A stretch of DNA of 64,000 bases from Pseudomonadota bacterium (GTDB lineage: Bacteria; Bdellovibrionota_G; JALEGL01; DATDPG01). A program made the translations under genes and the position numbers. Every line of letters begins with the position of its first letter. Position 1 is the stretch's first letter. Below the pieces are notes generated by a model. The model did not search any database and was not told where the DNA came from. It worked only from the letters and a program-made list of their open reading frames with translations. Positions 35,825-46,013 of the stretch are shown in pieces. Where the stretch lies: assembly GCA_043809315.1 (NCBI GenBank), contig JAZDDX010000029.1:1-64000 (forward strand), in the 5' to 3' direction.

Positions 35825-37573
35825 CTACGGCTGCGAGGAAGCTGGGGGCTGGGCTCGCCGGCGATCCCCTTCCGTTTCGACGATCAACCACTCCGCCTTC
35901 CGGTTCCGTGTGACCGTGAGCCCCAGCGCCTCCCCTCCGTTCCCCTCGATCCGCAGGCCTTTAAACCCTTTGTCGATAATCTTCCGGAGCATCTCGTTTC
36001 CCTGTTGCATCCGAACCTCCGGCGGGATCTGATCCCACGCGGCGGGATCGACCTGTCCGACCCAGACGTTGTCCTGGACCCCCATGGGGATCACGCCGAG
36101 CTCCCGCCCAAGCTCTCGGTCCGATGTGAGGTAGATCATCCACCCGCTCAGCGAGTCCCATTCGTAGACCAAAGCTCCGATCAAGGAGATCGCCAGAAGT
36201 CCTCCAAGTAAAGCGCCTTTTCCGATCTTGAGCTGGACCTTTTTCTTTGGAGTTTCCTTTTCATCTTCGAATTCGGGGCGAAAGAAGAACGGATGGTCGT
36301 AGAAGCGCCTCGCACGCCCCAAGGTTTGTGGAAGAGAGGAGAGAAATGTCGAGAATTCGCCGAGGGTAGCTGCCAAATGCGACCGAGCCCGATCCAAACA
36401 GGCCAAGCGATCCCGCACTTCCCCTCTCGGCGCCGCCTCGAATCTGTTTCGGAGTTCTTCGCCGATCTTGAGCACCTCGCCGGCCAAGAACCGATACCCC
36501 GGCTGGATGAGTGCCAGATCCCTCGTGATCGGCCGGAGACGGAAGATCTGTCTCGCTTCGAATCCGGCCTTGAGCGTGTAGGCTTGCGCTCGTTCCAGCA
36601 GTTCCTGCGCTTCGGTTGGAAGGTCTGGGTGAGGCCGGACCTGTTTCGTCCAGTATTCCAGAAGCCAGGCGAGATCCCCCTCCGCTTCTGAACTCAGTAC
36701 GGACGAAAACGATTTCGTTTTCTCATACTCCGCGTACGCGACTGCGGAAAGGAACTGGACGGAGAACGAGTCGGTCGGACCTTTTGTTTCCTTTCGTGTC
36801 GGTGGCGCCGCCTCGGCATGTTGCACCGGGTTTAACTCGTCCCAGACTGTGCGGAGACGGACCAGGGCTGTCAGAATCTCCTTGCGCGTGACGTGATCCG
36901 AGATCGGAAGCCCCGACACGATCGATTCCAGCTCCCCCGCGACCACCTGGAGCTCGGTCGCGAGCCTCCCATGAATGAATTGTCGCTCCACCCGATCGCT
37001 TTGCTCGGCCGCTTCCATCCCCGCCCGGAGATTCAGTTCGGTCATGAGCGAGACGCCGACCGCCCAATCCAGAAGGTTCTCCTTCCGCCCCCCCATCGCG
37101 AGCTTGAGACGGCCGAGCGATCGGGGATCGAGTTTCCGTACGAACGCCTGTCCCGCCGGAGTCTCGAGATTCTCCTCCGCTGCCTGCGCCGCCGAAACGG
37201 TGTTCTGTGCGCGGCTCCGTTCAAGATATTCCTGGATGCAGCGATCGAGCGTGCCGGCGGTCGTTTCGGGAAGCGTTTCGAACTCGACTCCGATCTCGAA
37301 CCCGGGTTTCCCATCCAGCAACGGGATCTCCGCAACGCGCGCCACTTTTCCGTTGATCACGACGGACGGGAGCGAGCCGAACGGTGAGATGAGAAGCGTG
37401 ATCTTCATTCCGGGACGGACCTTCTCGGATCTTTCATCCCTCGGCGCTTCCAGTTGAATTCCGGTCCGGGAGATGTCCCGGGCGAAACAGACGGCCGAAA
37501 AACCGCACTCCACCGAAACGCTGAACGGAATCCGAATCGCCGGCTTCGTCGGTCTTTCGTGGGCCCTGGTCAT
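35825..37573 (-). CDS. N-terminal PilZ-like domain protein with helical region and C-terminal TM segment
   Basis: DISRTG, GKVARV, IGVEF; TM GALLGGLLAISLIGALVY; RxxxR motif degenerate. Confidence 0.65.
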   Translation of the reverse strand: MTRAHERPTKPAIRIPFSVSVECGFSAVCFARDISRTGIQLEAPRDERSEKVRPGMKITLLISPFGSLPSVVINGKVARVAEIPLLDGKPGFEIGVEFETLPETTAGTLDRCIQEYLERSRAQNTVSAAQAAEENLETPAGQAFVRKLDPRSLGRLKLAMGGRKENLLDWAVGVSLMTELNLRAGMEAAEQSDRVERQFIHGRLATELQVVAGELESIVSGLPISDHVTRKEILTALVRLRTVWDELNPVQHAEAAPPTRKETKGPTDSFSVQFLSAVAYAEYEKTKSFSSVLSSEAEGDLAWLLEYWTKQVRPHPDLPTEAQELLERAQAYTLKAGFEARQIFRLRPITRDLALIQPGYRFLAGEVLKIGEELRNRFEAAPRGEVRDRLACLDRARSHLAATLGEFSTFLSSLPQTLGRARRFYDHPFFFRPEFEDEKETPKKKVQLKIGKGALLGGLLAISLIGALVYEWDSLSGWMIYLTSDRELGRELGVIPMGVQDNVWVGQVDPAAWDQIPPEVRMQQGNEMLRKIIDKGFKGLRIEGNGGEALGLTVTRNRKAEWLIVETEGDRRRAQPPASSQP

Positions 37574-37710
37574 TCCGTGGGGTTCAGTTCGAATACGTCG
37601 GGGATTCCGAAAATCGATCCGTTTTTGAAATATACACTCCGCCCGATGATCGTGACGACGACCATTAATTCCAGGAGCGTGAATCCGGATCGAAGGCCGC
37701 GACGGGTCAC
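37570..37710 (-). pseudogene. 46-codon ORF with type IV prepilin cleavage motif (truncated pilin remnant or mini-pilin)
   Basis: GTG start: MTRRGLRSG|FTLLELMVVVTIIGRSVYFKNGSIFGIPDVFELNPTE*; stop overlaps the next ATG. Confidence 0.65.
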
Positions 37711-37717
37711 GGAGGAC

Positions 37718-38674
37718 TTATCTCCCCTTCTCGAGTTTGACGTCAAGAACGAGGCGTTGACCGCCCGTCACGTTGTAGATCTTGGTGTACGGCTTGTACC
37801 CTTTCCGCTTCACCATCAACTTGTAGAGGCCGTGAACGCTCTGTTTTTCCAGTACCGCCGGCGATTTCTTCGCGACGAGCCGGTCGTCGACGTAGATCTG
37901 GGCGTCGGCCGGCTCGCACCGGATGACGACCGTTCCTTCGACGAGGAGCGGGTTCTTGGAACGGTCCGGAAGAATCAACGGTTCGTACGGCTTTTCGACG
38001 ACCACCTCTTTCTTGGCGAGGAGTTCGCCTCGGATCACCCGTTCGTACAGAAACGCCCCCGCAACAACGAGAAGACCGACGGCGGCGACGAAGCGGACCG
38101 CCGTCCCGACCGGAACCGGTGCGCTCGACTTGCGGATCGGGATCCCGCTCCCCGCCGGCAGATTCATCGGCGCCTCGATCGGCCCTCCCCCCTTGTCGGG
38201 GTAGGCCCCCGAAACCGCGACCTGGACGGCCGGTAGGGCCCAGCCGAGGTTCTGGTCGGTCGGCAGCATCAGACGGGTCGTGATCCGTTTCGCCCCTTCG
38301 ATCTTGACCTCCGGTCCGGTCACCAGATCGATCGGTTCGCTCGCCAGCTGACGAACGGCGTCCGGCGTCAAGATCACCAGCTTCGGTTCGCGCCCAAACG
38401 CGATCGTCGGGAGGGTCCGGGGGTTCCCCCCCGCGTCGATCACCATCGGGGGGAGTTCGGCTCCGAACATCTGCGCCAGATCGAAATGAAACCGCATCGC
38501 CGCCTTCGCCGCCGCTTTGGTCGAGGGAAACCCGAGCAGGATCCCCGGGACGAAGATCTCGTCCATCTGGGTCCCTTTGTAGTCGCGGACGATCGTCGGG
38601 GCCGGACTCATCGCCCATTTTTCCCGGCTGATCCCCTGAACGAAGAGCCAGGCGGAAATGTCCGTTTTCGGCAT
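37718..38674 (-). CDS. Membrane-anchored PEGA-domain protein
   Basis: Single TM, then GTVVIRCEPADAQIYVD...YKLMVKRKGY. Confidence 0.75.
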   Translation of the reverse strand: MPKTDISAWLFVQGISREKWAMSPAPTIVRDYKGTQMDEIFVPGILLGFPSTKAAAKAAMRFHFDLAQMFGAELPPMVIDAGGNPRTLPTIAFGREPKLVILTPDAVRQLASEPIDLVTGPEVKIEGAKRITTRLMLPTDQNLGWALPAVQVAVSGAYPDKGGGPIEAPMNLPAGSGIPIRKSSAPVPVGTAVRFVAAVGLLVVAGAFLYERVIRGELLAKKEVVVEKPYEPLILPDRSKNPLLVEGTVVIRCEPADAQIYVDDRLVAKKSPAVLEKQSVHGLYKLMVKRKGYKPYTKIYNVTGGQRLVLDVKLEKGR

Positions 38675-38801
38675 GCCGGGGAAGTATAACGTTCACCGGC
38701 TCGAACGGCCATTTCTAGGCGCAAAACGGGTCGCGCATGACCTGCATCATTCAAATTGCCGTCGGATCGCGTTGGGTCTACAGGGAGCCAGGGAGAACAC
38801 C

Positions 38802-39866
38802 ATGGACATCGGAATCGTAAAGAATCTCGGGGAGAACGAACACCGCGTGCCGATCACGCCGGCCGGTGCAGAGAGCCTGGTGGCAGACGGTCACCGTCTA
38901 TTCGTCGAGAGCGGAACCGGCCGTGACTGTCGTTTCGACGATCTGGAGTACCGGGATGTCGGGGCCGAGATCGTCTACAGCCATGAGGAGGTTTTCCGGC
39001 GCGGAAGACTGATCCTCGGCGTCCGCACCCCCGATCCGGCCGACGTTGCTTTCATGGATCAAGGGCAGATCCTCTGTGGCTTTCTGCATTTGACCGTAGC
39101 TCCGCGCGATCTGCTCCGGTCGATGATCGATCGCAAGGTGACGGCCGTCGGCTACGAATTGATTCAGGACAAGGAGGGGCGGACTCCGATTCTCGGCGCG
39201 ATCGGTGAACTGGCCGGACAGATGGTCGTCCATATCGCCGCTCATCTTCTTCAGAACGAGAGTGGGGGGAGGGGGATCCTTCTCGGCGGCATCGCCGAAA
39301 ACGAACCGGCCAACGCCCTGGTCCTCGGGGCGGGGAGCGTCGGAAAGACCGCGGCCCGTTTTTTCGTTTCGTCCGGCGCGAACGTGACGCTGGTGGATTG
39401 CGATCCGAATACGCTGATCTCCGCCGACCGGGATCTCCAGGCGCAGGCGAAAACCTGTCTGGCGGATCCGGAAACCGTCGCGCGATTGACTCGGGACGCG
39501 GATGTCGTCATCGGAGCGATCCGGATCCCGGGAGAGCGGGCCCCCTACCTGGTGACCCGCGAGATGGTGGCACAGATGAGACCCGGAAGCGTGATCATCG
39601 ACGTCGCGATCGACCAAGGGGGGTGTGTCGAAACCAGCCGCCCCACCACCCTCAAGAACCCGACGTTCCTCGTGAACGATGTGGTCCATTATTGCGTTCC
39701 GAATCTCACGGCGAACATCGCTCGGACCGCTTCAAAAATTCTGACCCAGACTCATCTCCCGTACGTACGCAAGATTGCGGCGACCGGGCGAGTCGGCAAA
39801 GACGGTGTCTATCTGGAGAACGGCGTCGTGCGCTTCGCCGAACTGGCCGAGCACCTGGGATCGTAA
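38802..39866 (+). CDS. Alanine dehydrogenase family protein (divergent)
   Basis: EHRVPITP, FLHL, GAGSVG, DVAIDQGGCVETS, HYCVPN; GGAG RBS. Confidence 0.8.
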   Translation: MDIGIVKNLGENEHRVPITPAGAESLVADGHRLFVESGTGRDCRFDDLEYRDVGAEIVYSHEEVFRRGRLILGVRTPDPADVAFMDQGQILCGFLHLTVAPRDLLRSMIDRKVTAVGYELIQDKEGRTPILGAIGELAGQMVVHIAAHLLQNESGGRGILLGGIAENEPANALVLGAGSVGKTAARFFVSSGANVTLVDCDPNTLISADRDLQAQAKTCLADPETVARLTRDADVVIGAIRIPGERAPYLVTREMVAQMRPGSVIIDVAIDQGGCVETSRPTTLKNPTFLVNDVVHYCVPNLTANIARTASKILTQTHLPYVRKIAATGRVGKDGVYLENGVVRFAELAEHLGS

Positions 39867-39879
39867 GGAGGAAAGAACC

Positions 39880-41178
39880 ATGAAGTGGATGGCTGATTAC
39901 CGAAGCAAACTCACCACCCCGGCGGAGGCCGTCAAGTTGGTGGAGAGCAATCACCGCGTTTATTACAGCGGGAACGCGGCCGCCCCCGTTTCACTCATCC
40001 GGGCGCTCGTCGCCCGGAAAGACGAGCTGCGGAACGTTCAGATCAATCACGTTCTGTTGCTCGGCGAGGACCCGCTCGGGGATCCATCCATGGAAGGACA
40101 CTTCCGGCACAACAGCCTGTTCGTCGGCCCGGCCGATCGGAAGACGGTCAACGAGGGACGGGCCGATTACGTCCCGATCTTCCTCTTCCAAATCCCGCGT
40201 CTCTTTCAGCAGAGGATCATCCCTCTCGACGTGTCGATCTTGCAGGTCTCCCCGCCCGACGAGCACGGGTACATGAGCCTGGGGGTCGAGGTTCTCGCCA
40301 GCAAAGCTGCGGCGGAGAGCTCCAAGAAGGTGATCGTCCTCGTGAACGACAAGATGCCCCGCATCCTCGGCGATTGTTTCCTTCACGCCTCCCAGGTAAC
40401 GGCCATCGTCGAAGAGTCCTTCCCTCTCCCCGAACTCCCGCGACACCCGATTTCGGAGGTCGAGACACAGATCGCCGGCTTCATCACGGCGCTGATCGAG
40501 GACGGCTCGACGCTTCAACTCGGAATCGGGGGGATTCCCGACGCAGTTCTCTCGCAACTCGAGGGAAAACGGGACCTGGGGATCCATACCGAAATGGTGT
40601 CGGACGGCGGAATGGAAGCGATCGAGAAGGGGATCATCACCGGCACGAAAAAGACGATCCACCGAAACAAGGCGGTGATCACGTTCGCCCTCGGATCGCA
40701 GCGTCTCTACGAGTACCTCCACAACAACCCGCTCTTCGAAGCGCACCCGTCCGACTACACGAACAACCCGTTCGTCGTGGCTCAGCACGACAAGATGGTG
40801 GCGATCAACTCGGCACTCGAGGTCGATCTGACCGGGCAGGTCTGCTCCGACTCGATCGGAACGTACGTCTATTCCGGGTTCGGGGGACAGGTCGACTTCA
40901 TCCGCGGAGCCGCACAATCGAAGGGGGGGAAACCGATCATCGCCCTTCCCGCGACCGCCAAGAACGGCACGACGTCTCGGATCGTCTCGACGCTCAAGCC
41001 CGGGGCCGGCGTCGTCACGAGCCGCGGGGACGTGCATTACGTGGTGACCGAGTTCGGGGTCGCGCATCTCTTCGGTCGAAACATCCGGGAGCGGGCGGAG
41101 GCGTTGATCAACGTCGCCCACCCGAAATTCCGCGAACAGCTCGAAGAGGAAGCGAAAAAGCGGAAGCTGCTGCACTAA
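39880..41178 (+). CDS. Acetyl-CoA hydrolase/transferase (4-hydroxybutyrate CoA-transferase-like)
   Basis: TLQLGIGGIPDA, HTEM, GFGGQVDF, VVTEFG; AAGGAGG RBS. Confidence 0.9.
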   Translation: MKWMADYRSKLTTPAEAVKLVESNHRVYYSGNAAAPVSLIRALVARKDELRNVQINHVLLLGEDPLGDPSMEGHFRHNSLFVGPADRKTVNEGRADYVPIFLFQIPRLFQQRIIPLDVSILQVSPPDEHGYMSLGVEVLASKAAAESSKKVIVLVNDKMPRILGDCFLHASQVTAIVEESFPLPELPRHPISEVETQIAGFITALIEDGSTLQLGIGGIPDAVLSQLEGKRDLGIHTEMVSDGGMEAIEKGIITGTKKTIHRNKAVITFALGSQRLYEYLHNNPLFEAHPSDYTNNPFVVAQHDKMVAINSALEVDLTGQVCSDSIGTYVYSGFGGQVDFIRGAAQSKGGKPIIALPATAKNGTTSRIVSTLKPGAGVVTSRGDVHYVVTEFGVAHLFGRNIRERAEALINVAHPKFREQLEEEAKKRKLLH

Positions 41179-41184
41179 TCGATC

Positions 41185-42363
41185 TCACTTACACGGTTTC
41201 TGTCCGCCGAGGGCGACGTACGCCTTTGTCTTGGCGACGAGATTCCCGCCATCGGTCGAGGGGGTGGTCTGTCCGCCGATCCCAGCGCCGTACGCCACAC
41301 CCAGAACATTCGACGCCGCCAGCTCGTCCATGTGCGCGAAAAAATAATCGAGCCGGTTGTCCCGGCTTCCTGTTCCGACCGGCACCTGCCACCAGAGAAC
41401 CGGCCGTTGCATCTCCTCGCTCAAGATCGTCGCCCACTGGTTCGCCTGGTGAAAATCGGGGAGCTTCGTGTTCGTCGCGTTCCACCACCACCCCGCAGCC
41501 ACCGCATCCCGATCGCTGATGTCCGCCACGATGAAATCGGCGTCACCGCACGCTTTCAGAAACGCCCCAAGCGCCTTCGTCGGTGTCGTGATATCGGCGG
41601 AGGAATCGGAGTTGCTGATTCCGTTCGGCCAGACCGCCCATCCGGAGGCGTGCAAGCCCACCTTGGCGTTCGGTGCGTATTTCCGGACCATCGCGATCAT
41701 GCACTGACCCAACCCCGCGATCGTGTCCGGTTTGTCGGAACAATCGGTCCCGTTCGCCGACGCCACCGCCGCGGCGATCTTCGTCGGATCGGAGTTCACC
41801 CCCTGGGCGTATCCCCAGAAGTCCGGTTCGACGTGAAGAAACACGGGTTCGGTTCCGATCGTCTGGAGCAGGAAGCGCCAGTCTTTCAGATATCGGGCCA
41901 TGAACACGGCGTCGGCCGCTTTCGTGACCAGCGCAGCCCCCTCCCCCACACCGGCCGACTGGTTGATTTGATAGTAGGAGAACATCGGGATCTGGTGGTT
42001 TGCTTTCGCGTTCTCGATCTGGAACAGCGCCGTGTGTCCCGGCGGGCTCTGCCAGCATCCCCACCAGTTCGTGCTGCCGCAGGGGCAGCTTCCACAGGGG
42101 TCGGACGTCGTGGCAATCCCTCCGGCGATATAGTTGTAACGAATGTCGAATGGCGCCGCCGCCGCGATGTCGTCTTCCATCGTGGCGCCGATCAGAAGGT
42201 GATCTTTTCCGAGCGCGGAAAGAAGAGAATCAGCCAGGGTCTTGCCACCGGAACAGGTGTTGTCCACCTTGACCGCGGTCCCACCGGATCCCCCGGCCGG
42301 CGAGTCACTTCCGCAGGCGGCCACCAGAAGCAGGAACAACCAAAATCTCTTGGACCGAGTCAT
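41185..42363 (-). CDS. Lipoprotein with possible glycoside-hydrolase-like TIM barrel
   Basis: Lipobox VAAC; Trp-rich; HVEPDFWGY and DRDA acidic motifs; fold is an inference. Confidence 0.55.
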   Translation of the reverse strand: MTRSKRFWLFLLLVAACGSDSPAGGSGGTAVKVDNTCSGGKTLADSLLSALGKDHLLIGATMEDDIAAAAPFDIRYNYIAGGIATTSDPCGSCPCGSTNWWGCWQSPPGHTALFQIENAKANHQIPMFSYYQINQSAGVGEGAALVTKAADAVFMARYLKDWRFLLQTIGTEPVFLHVEPDFWGYAQGVNSDPTKIAAAVASANGTDCSDKPDTIAGLGQCMIAMVRKYAPNAKVGLHASGWAVWPNGISNSDSSADITTPTKALGAFLKACGDADFIVADISDRDAVAAGWWWNATNTKLPDFHQANQWATILSEEMQRPVLWWQVPVGTGSRDNRLDYFFAHMDELAASNVLGVAYGAGIGGQTTPSTDGGNLVAKTKAYVALGGQKPCK

Positions 42364-42522
42364 GAGTTCTCCCGCACCTCATCTTGATTAGGCGCAATCT
42401 CCGCGCGATTTCAAGCTTTCCTCGGAGTGGGTCCGGCCGATTCGCTGAGGCGGATCATTCCGACCTGCCGTTTTCCAGGCTTTTCTGGTACGAATACGTC
42501 CCTTTTTTTAGGAGGCTTGAAC

Positions 42523-45168
42523 ATGTCGAAGCGCGTGTATCTGTTTGGTGCGGAAATGACCGAGGGGAGCAAAACCGACGCCCCCCTTCTCGGTAACAAA
42601 GCGGCGAATCTTTCCGAGATGGCGAAGATCGGGATCCCGGTCCCTCCGGGGTTCGCGATCACGACGGCCGAGTGCAACGCCTATTTAAAGACCGGCGGCC
42701 TGACCGACGAACTCAAGCGGGATATCGACGAAGCGGTGAAGAAACTGGAAACCGCAGTCGGCCGGAAGTTCGGCGACACGAAGGACCCTCTCCTCTTCTC
42801 CGTTCGTTCCGGCGCGATCGTTTCGATGCCCGGGATGATGGACACGATCTTAAACCTCGGTCTCTCCAAGAGAAACGTCCTGGGGCTGGCGGAGATCTCG
42901 CGCAACGAGAAGTTCGCCTACGACACGTTCCGACGTCTCGTTCAGATGTTCGGCGACGTCGTCTGCGAGGTCCCGAGCGAGGAGTTCGAGGAGATCCTCG
43001 ACGCCAACAAGAGGAAGTACGGCTACAAGGTCGATTCCGAGTTCACGGCCAAGCAGCTCCAGGAAATCACCGAGCGGTTCCTGGGAATCTTCCGCAAGCA
43101 CACGAAGCGGAATTTCCCGGAGGACCCGCGCGAGCAGCTGATGCTGGCGGTCGAAGCGGTCTTCAAGTCGTGGCATGCGCCGCGCGCCGCGAGCTACCGA
43201 CGGATCAACGGGATCCCGGGGGACCTCGGCACCTCCGCCACGGTCCAGACGATGGTCTTCGGAAACCGCGGGGAGGACTCCGCCACCGGCGTTCTCTTCA
43301 CGCGCGACCCATCCACCGGCAAGAAGGTCCTCATGGGGGAGTTCCTGCAAAACGCCCAGGGGGAGGATGTCGTAGCCGGGATCCGAACACCCAGCCCGAT
43401 CCAGGGGAAAGGGCACACGCTCGAGGGGTTGTTCCCCCCGGTCTACAAGGAGTTGATGGCGATCAACGACCGGCTCGAGAGTCATTTCAAGGATATGCAG
43501 GATGTCGAGTTCACGGTCGAGAACAACCGCCTCTGGATGCTCCAGACACGGAACGGAAAGCGGACCGCGCACGCCGCGGTCCAGGTCGCCGTCGATCTCG
43601 TCAAGGAGGGGCTCATCGACGAAAAGACCGCCGTGCTTCGGGTCAAGCCGGCGCAACTCGATCAGTTACTGCACCCGGTCTTCGATCCGAAAGCGAAGAC
43701 CGAGGTGGTCGCGAAAGGGTTGCCCGCCTCCCCCGGCGCCGTTTCCGGGAAGTGCACCTTCACGGCGAACGACGCCAAGGCCTGGACCGAGCGCGGCGAA
43801 AAAGTGATTCTCGTCCGCCTCGAAACCTCCCCGGAGGACATCGAGGGGATGCACGCCGCACAGGGGATCCTGACGGCGCGCGGAGGTATGACCTCCCACG
43901 CGGCGGTCGTCGCTCGCGGGATGGGGAAGTGCTGCATCGCCGGCTGCGGCGACATCGACGTCCACCACGACGAGAAATATTTCGTCACGAAATCGGGACT
44001 GAAGTTCAAAGAAGGGGAGATCATCAGCCTCAACGGCTCGACCGGCGAGGTCTTAAAAGGCGAGGTGAAGACGATTCAGGGACAGGTCGAGGGGCCGTTT
44101 GAGGTGTTGCTGGGATGGGCCGACAAGTTCCGGAAGATGGGGGTCCGCACGAACGCCGACACGCCGGCCGATTGTCGTACCGCCCGGAAATTCGGCGCGG
44201 AAGGAATCGGTCTCTGCCGGACGGAGCATATGTTCTTCGACAAGACACGAATCGACGTCGTCCGCCAGATGATCCTGGCGAAAACCCCCGAAGAGCGCGT
44301 GAAACCGCTCGAGAAGATCCAGCAGATGCAGCTCGAGGATTTCAAAGGGATCTTCGAGGTGATGGACGGACTTCCCGTCACGATCCGCCTTCTCGATCCT
44401 CCGCTTCACGAGTTCCTGCCCGCGAATCATGAGGAGATCAAGGCTCTGGCCTCGCGCTTGAAGATCGACGCGAAGGAGCTGGAGACGCGGGTGGAGGGGC
44501 TCAAGGAGTTCAACCCGATGCTCGGCCACCGCGGTTGTCGCCTCGGGATCACCTTCCCCGACATCTACGACATGCAGATGCGGGCGATCATGCTGGCGGC
44601 GTGTGAACTCGACACCAAGACGAAGGTCAAAGTGCTTCCGGAGATCATGATCCCGGTCGTGGCCGACCCGAAGGAGTTCAACATTCTTAAGACCCGCCTC
44701 AGTAAGATCGCGGACGAGATCAAGGGGAAGTACGGCTCGTCGCTCAAGTACTGGGTCGGGACGATGATCGAACTGCCACGCGCTGCACTCCTGGCCGGCG
44801 AGATCGCGAAGGAGGCGGAGTTCTTCTCGTTCGGGACGAACGATCTGACGCAGACCGTGTACGGACTCTCGCGCGACGATGGGTTCCGTTTCGTTCCCGA
44901 GTACATCGAGCAGGGGATCTTCCCGAAAGACCCGTTCGCGACGCTCGATCCGAGCGGTGTGTTCGAGTTGGTGCGGATGGGAACCGACCGCGGCCGGGCG
45001 ACGAACCCGAAGCTCAAGGTCGGGATCTGCGGCGAGCACGGAGGAGACCCGGACTCAATCAAGCTGTTCTACGAGGCGGGACTCAACTACGTCAGCTGCT
45101 CGCCGTTCCGCGTTCCGTTGGCACGGCTGCAGGCGGCGCAGATCTCGATCGAAAAGCCGCGAAGTTAG
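42523..45168 (+). CDS. ppdK: Pyruvate, phosphate dikinase
   Basis: SVRSGA..SMPGMMDT, GGMTSHAAVVAR, GLCRTEHMF, SFGTNDLTQ, GICGEHGG; AGGAGG RBS. Confidence 0.97.
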   Translation: MSKRVYLFGAEMTEGSKTDAPLLGNKAANLSEMAKIGIPVPPGFAITTAECNAYLKTGGLTDELKRDIDEAVKKLETAVGRKFGDTKDPLLFSVRSGAIVSMPGMMDTILNLGLSKRNVLGLAEISRNEKFAYDTFRRLVQMFGDVVCEVPSEEFEEILDANKRKYGYKVDSEFTAKQLQEITERFLGIFRKHTKRNFPEDPREQLMLAVEAVFKSWHAPRAASYRRINGIPGDLGTSATVQTMVFGNRGEDSATGVLFTRDPSTGKKVLMGEFLQNAQGEDVVAGIRTPSPIQGKGHTLEGLFPPVYKELMAINDRLESHFKDMQDVEFTVENNRLWMLQTRNGKRTAHAAVQVAVDLVKEGLIDEKTAVLRVKPAQLDQLLHPVFDPKAKTEVVAKGLPASPGAVSGKCTFTANDAKAWTERGEKVILVRLETSPEDIEGMHAAQGILTARGGMTSHAAVVARGMGKCCIAGCGDIDVHHDEKYFVTKSGLKFKEGEIISLNGSTGEVLKGEVKTIQGQVEGPFEVLLGWADKFRKMGVRTNADTPADCRTARKFGAEGIGLCRTEHMFFDKTRIDVVRQMILAKTPEERVKPLEKIQQMQLEDFKGIFEVMDGLPVTIRLLDPPLHEFLPANHEEIKALASRLKIDAKELETRVEGLKEFNPMLGHRGCRLGITFPDIYDMQMRAIMLAACELDTKTKVKVLPEIMIPVVADPKEFNILKTRLSKIADEIKGKYGSSLKYWVGTMIELPRAALLAGEIAKEAEFFSFGTNDLTQTVYGLSRDDGFRFVPEYIEQGIFPKDPFATLDPSGVFELVRMGTDRGRATNPKLKVGICGEHGGDPDSIKLFYEAGLNYVSCSPFRVPLARLQAAQISIEKPRS

Positions 45169-45914
45169 AAGCTGAACCCGAACGCCAGGAGCGGGATCCC
45201 CAGCGGGGCGTATTCCAGAATCTTGCTGGTCTTTCGATAGACCGGGATGACGAAGCTCACATCCCCGAAGAAACTTCCGCCCGAGCCGAAAAAGCGAAGG
45301 CCGTAGAGGACCGCCCAGGCTTTCCCCCAACGGTCGCTCCTCGGGGCATTGAACGAAAACATCTCGACGTTGAACTTCATATGTTTCGCCATCGAGACAC
45401 TCACCCCAACATTCGGGACCACCGCATACCCCGACCGGCGACCGGTATGGCCACCATAGTTCAGCATCGCGATGTTGATCGCGGCGCGATGGTCGCCGAT
45501 GGTGAGGATCGGTCCGCCGCCGTAATAGTAGGCTGAGTCATTCGAACTCTTGAAGAGGTACGAGACCATTCCTCCTTGGCCGTAAACCCCGAGATGTAGT
45601 TTCGGGTTGATGGAGGTGGTGAAACGGAATGCCGTGCCCGCGACCAGAATCCCGAACGGCGGAACCCCCTGGAGGCCGATCGTGGCCTGATCGTTCACCT
45701 GGAACCCGAAATCCCAAAGACCCAGGTTGAATGCCGTCGCCCTCACCCCTTTCCGGACATTCGGCAGAGCGGTCGGCCCCCAGATCACCCGGGAGGAGGC
45801 GGGGTCGACCGTTTCGGTCCGGGTCGGCGGCTCGATATCCCATTCCGAGACGGCGAGGGCCGGTAGGGAGGTGGAAAGAGTGAAAAGAACGATCGCAACG
45901 GTTCGTTTGGTCAT
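45165..45914 (-). CDS. Secreted hypothetical protein, probable beta-barrel
   Basis: Signal peptide; amphipathic strands; C-terminal FGFSF. Confidence 0.6.
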   Translation of the reverse strand: MTKRTVAIVLFTLSTSLPALAVSEWDIEPPTRTETVDPASSRVIWGPTALPNVRKGVRATAFNLGLWDFGFQVNDQATIGLQGVPPFGILVAGTAFRFTTSINPKLHLGVYGQGGMVSYLFKSSNDSAYYYGGGPILTIGDHRAAINIAMLNYGGHTGRRSGYAVVPNVGVSVSMAKHMKFNVEMFSFNAPRSDRWGKAWAVLYGLRFFGSGGSFFGDVSFVIPVYRKTSKILEYAPLGIPLLAFGFSF

Positions 45915-45926
45915 GCTTCTCCCCTC

Positions 45927-45943
45927 AGCAATCACCGTGCCAA
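45927..45943 (-). promoter_or_regulatory. Putative sigma54 promoter
   Basis: TTGGCACGGTGATTGCT, a consensus match; TGTCA-N13-TGACA at 45965-45987. Confidence 0.75.
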
Positions 45944-46013
45944 CCCTTTCCGTGCGGCGGACGCTGTCAAAGTCGAGCTTTCTGACATCCGGTTGACAGT
46001 CCGTCGGTTCGTC

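Noticed and set aside
38733-42409. TCG-N10-GC lookalikes before the AlaDH gene (TCGCGCATGACCTGCA) and the 42363 lipoprotein (TCGCGCGGAGATTGCG)
   Set aside because: Both lack the near-invariant -24 GG, so they were not counted as sigma54 promoters
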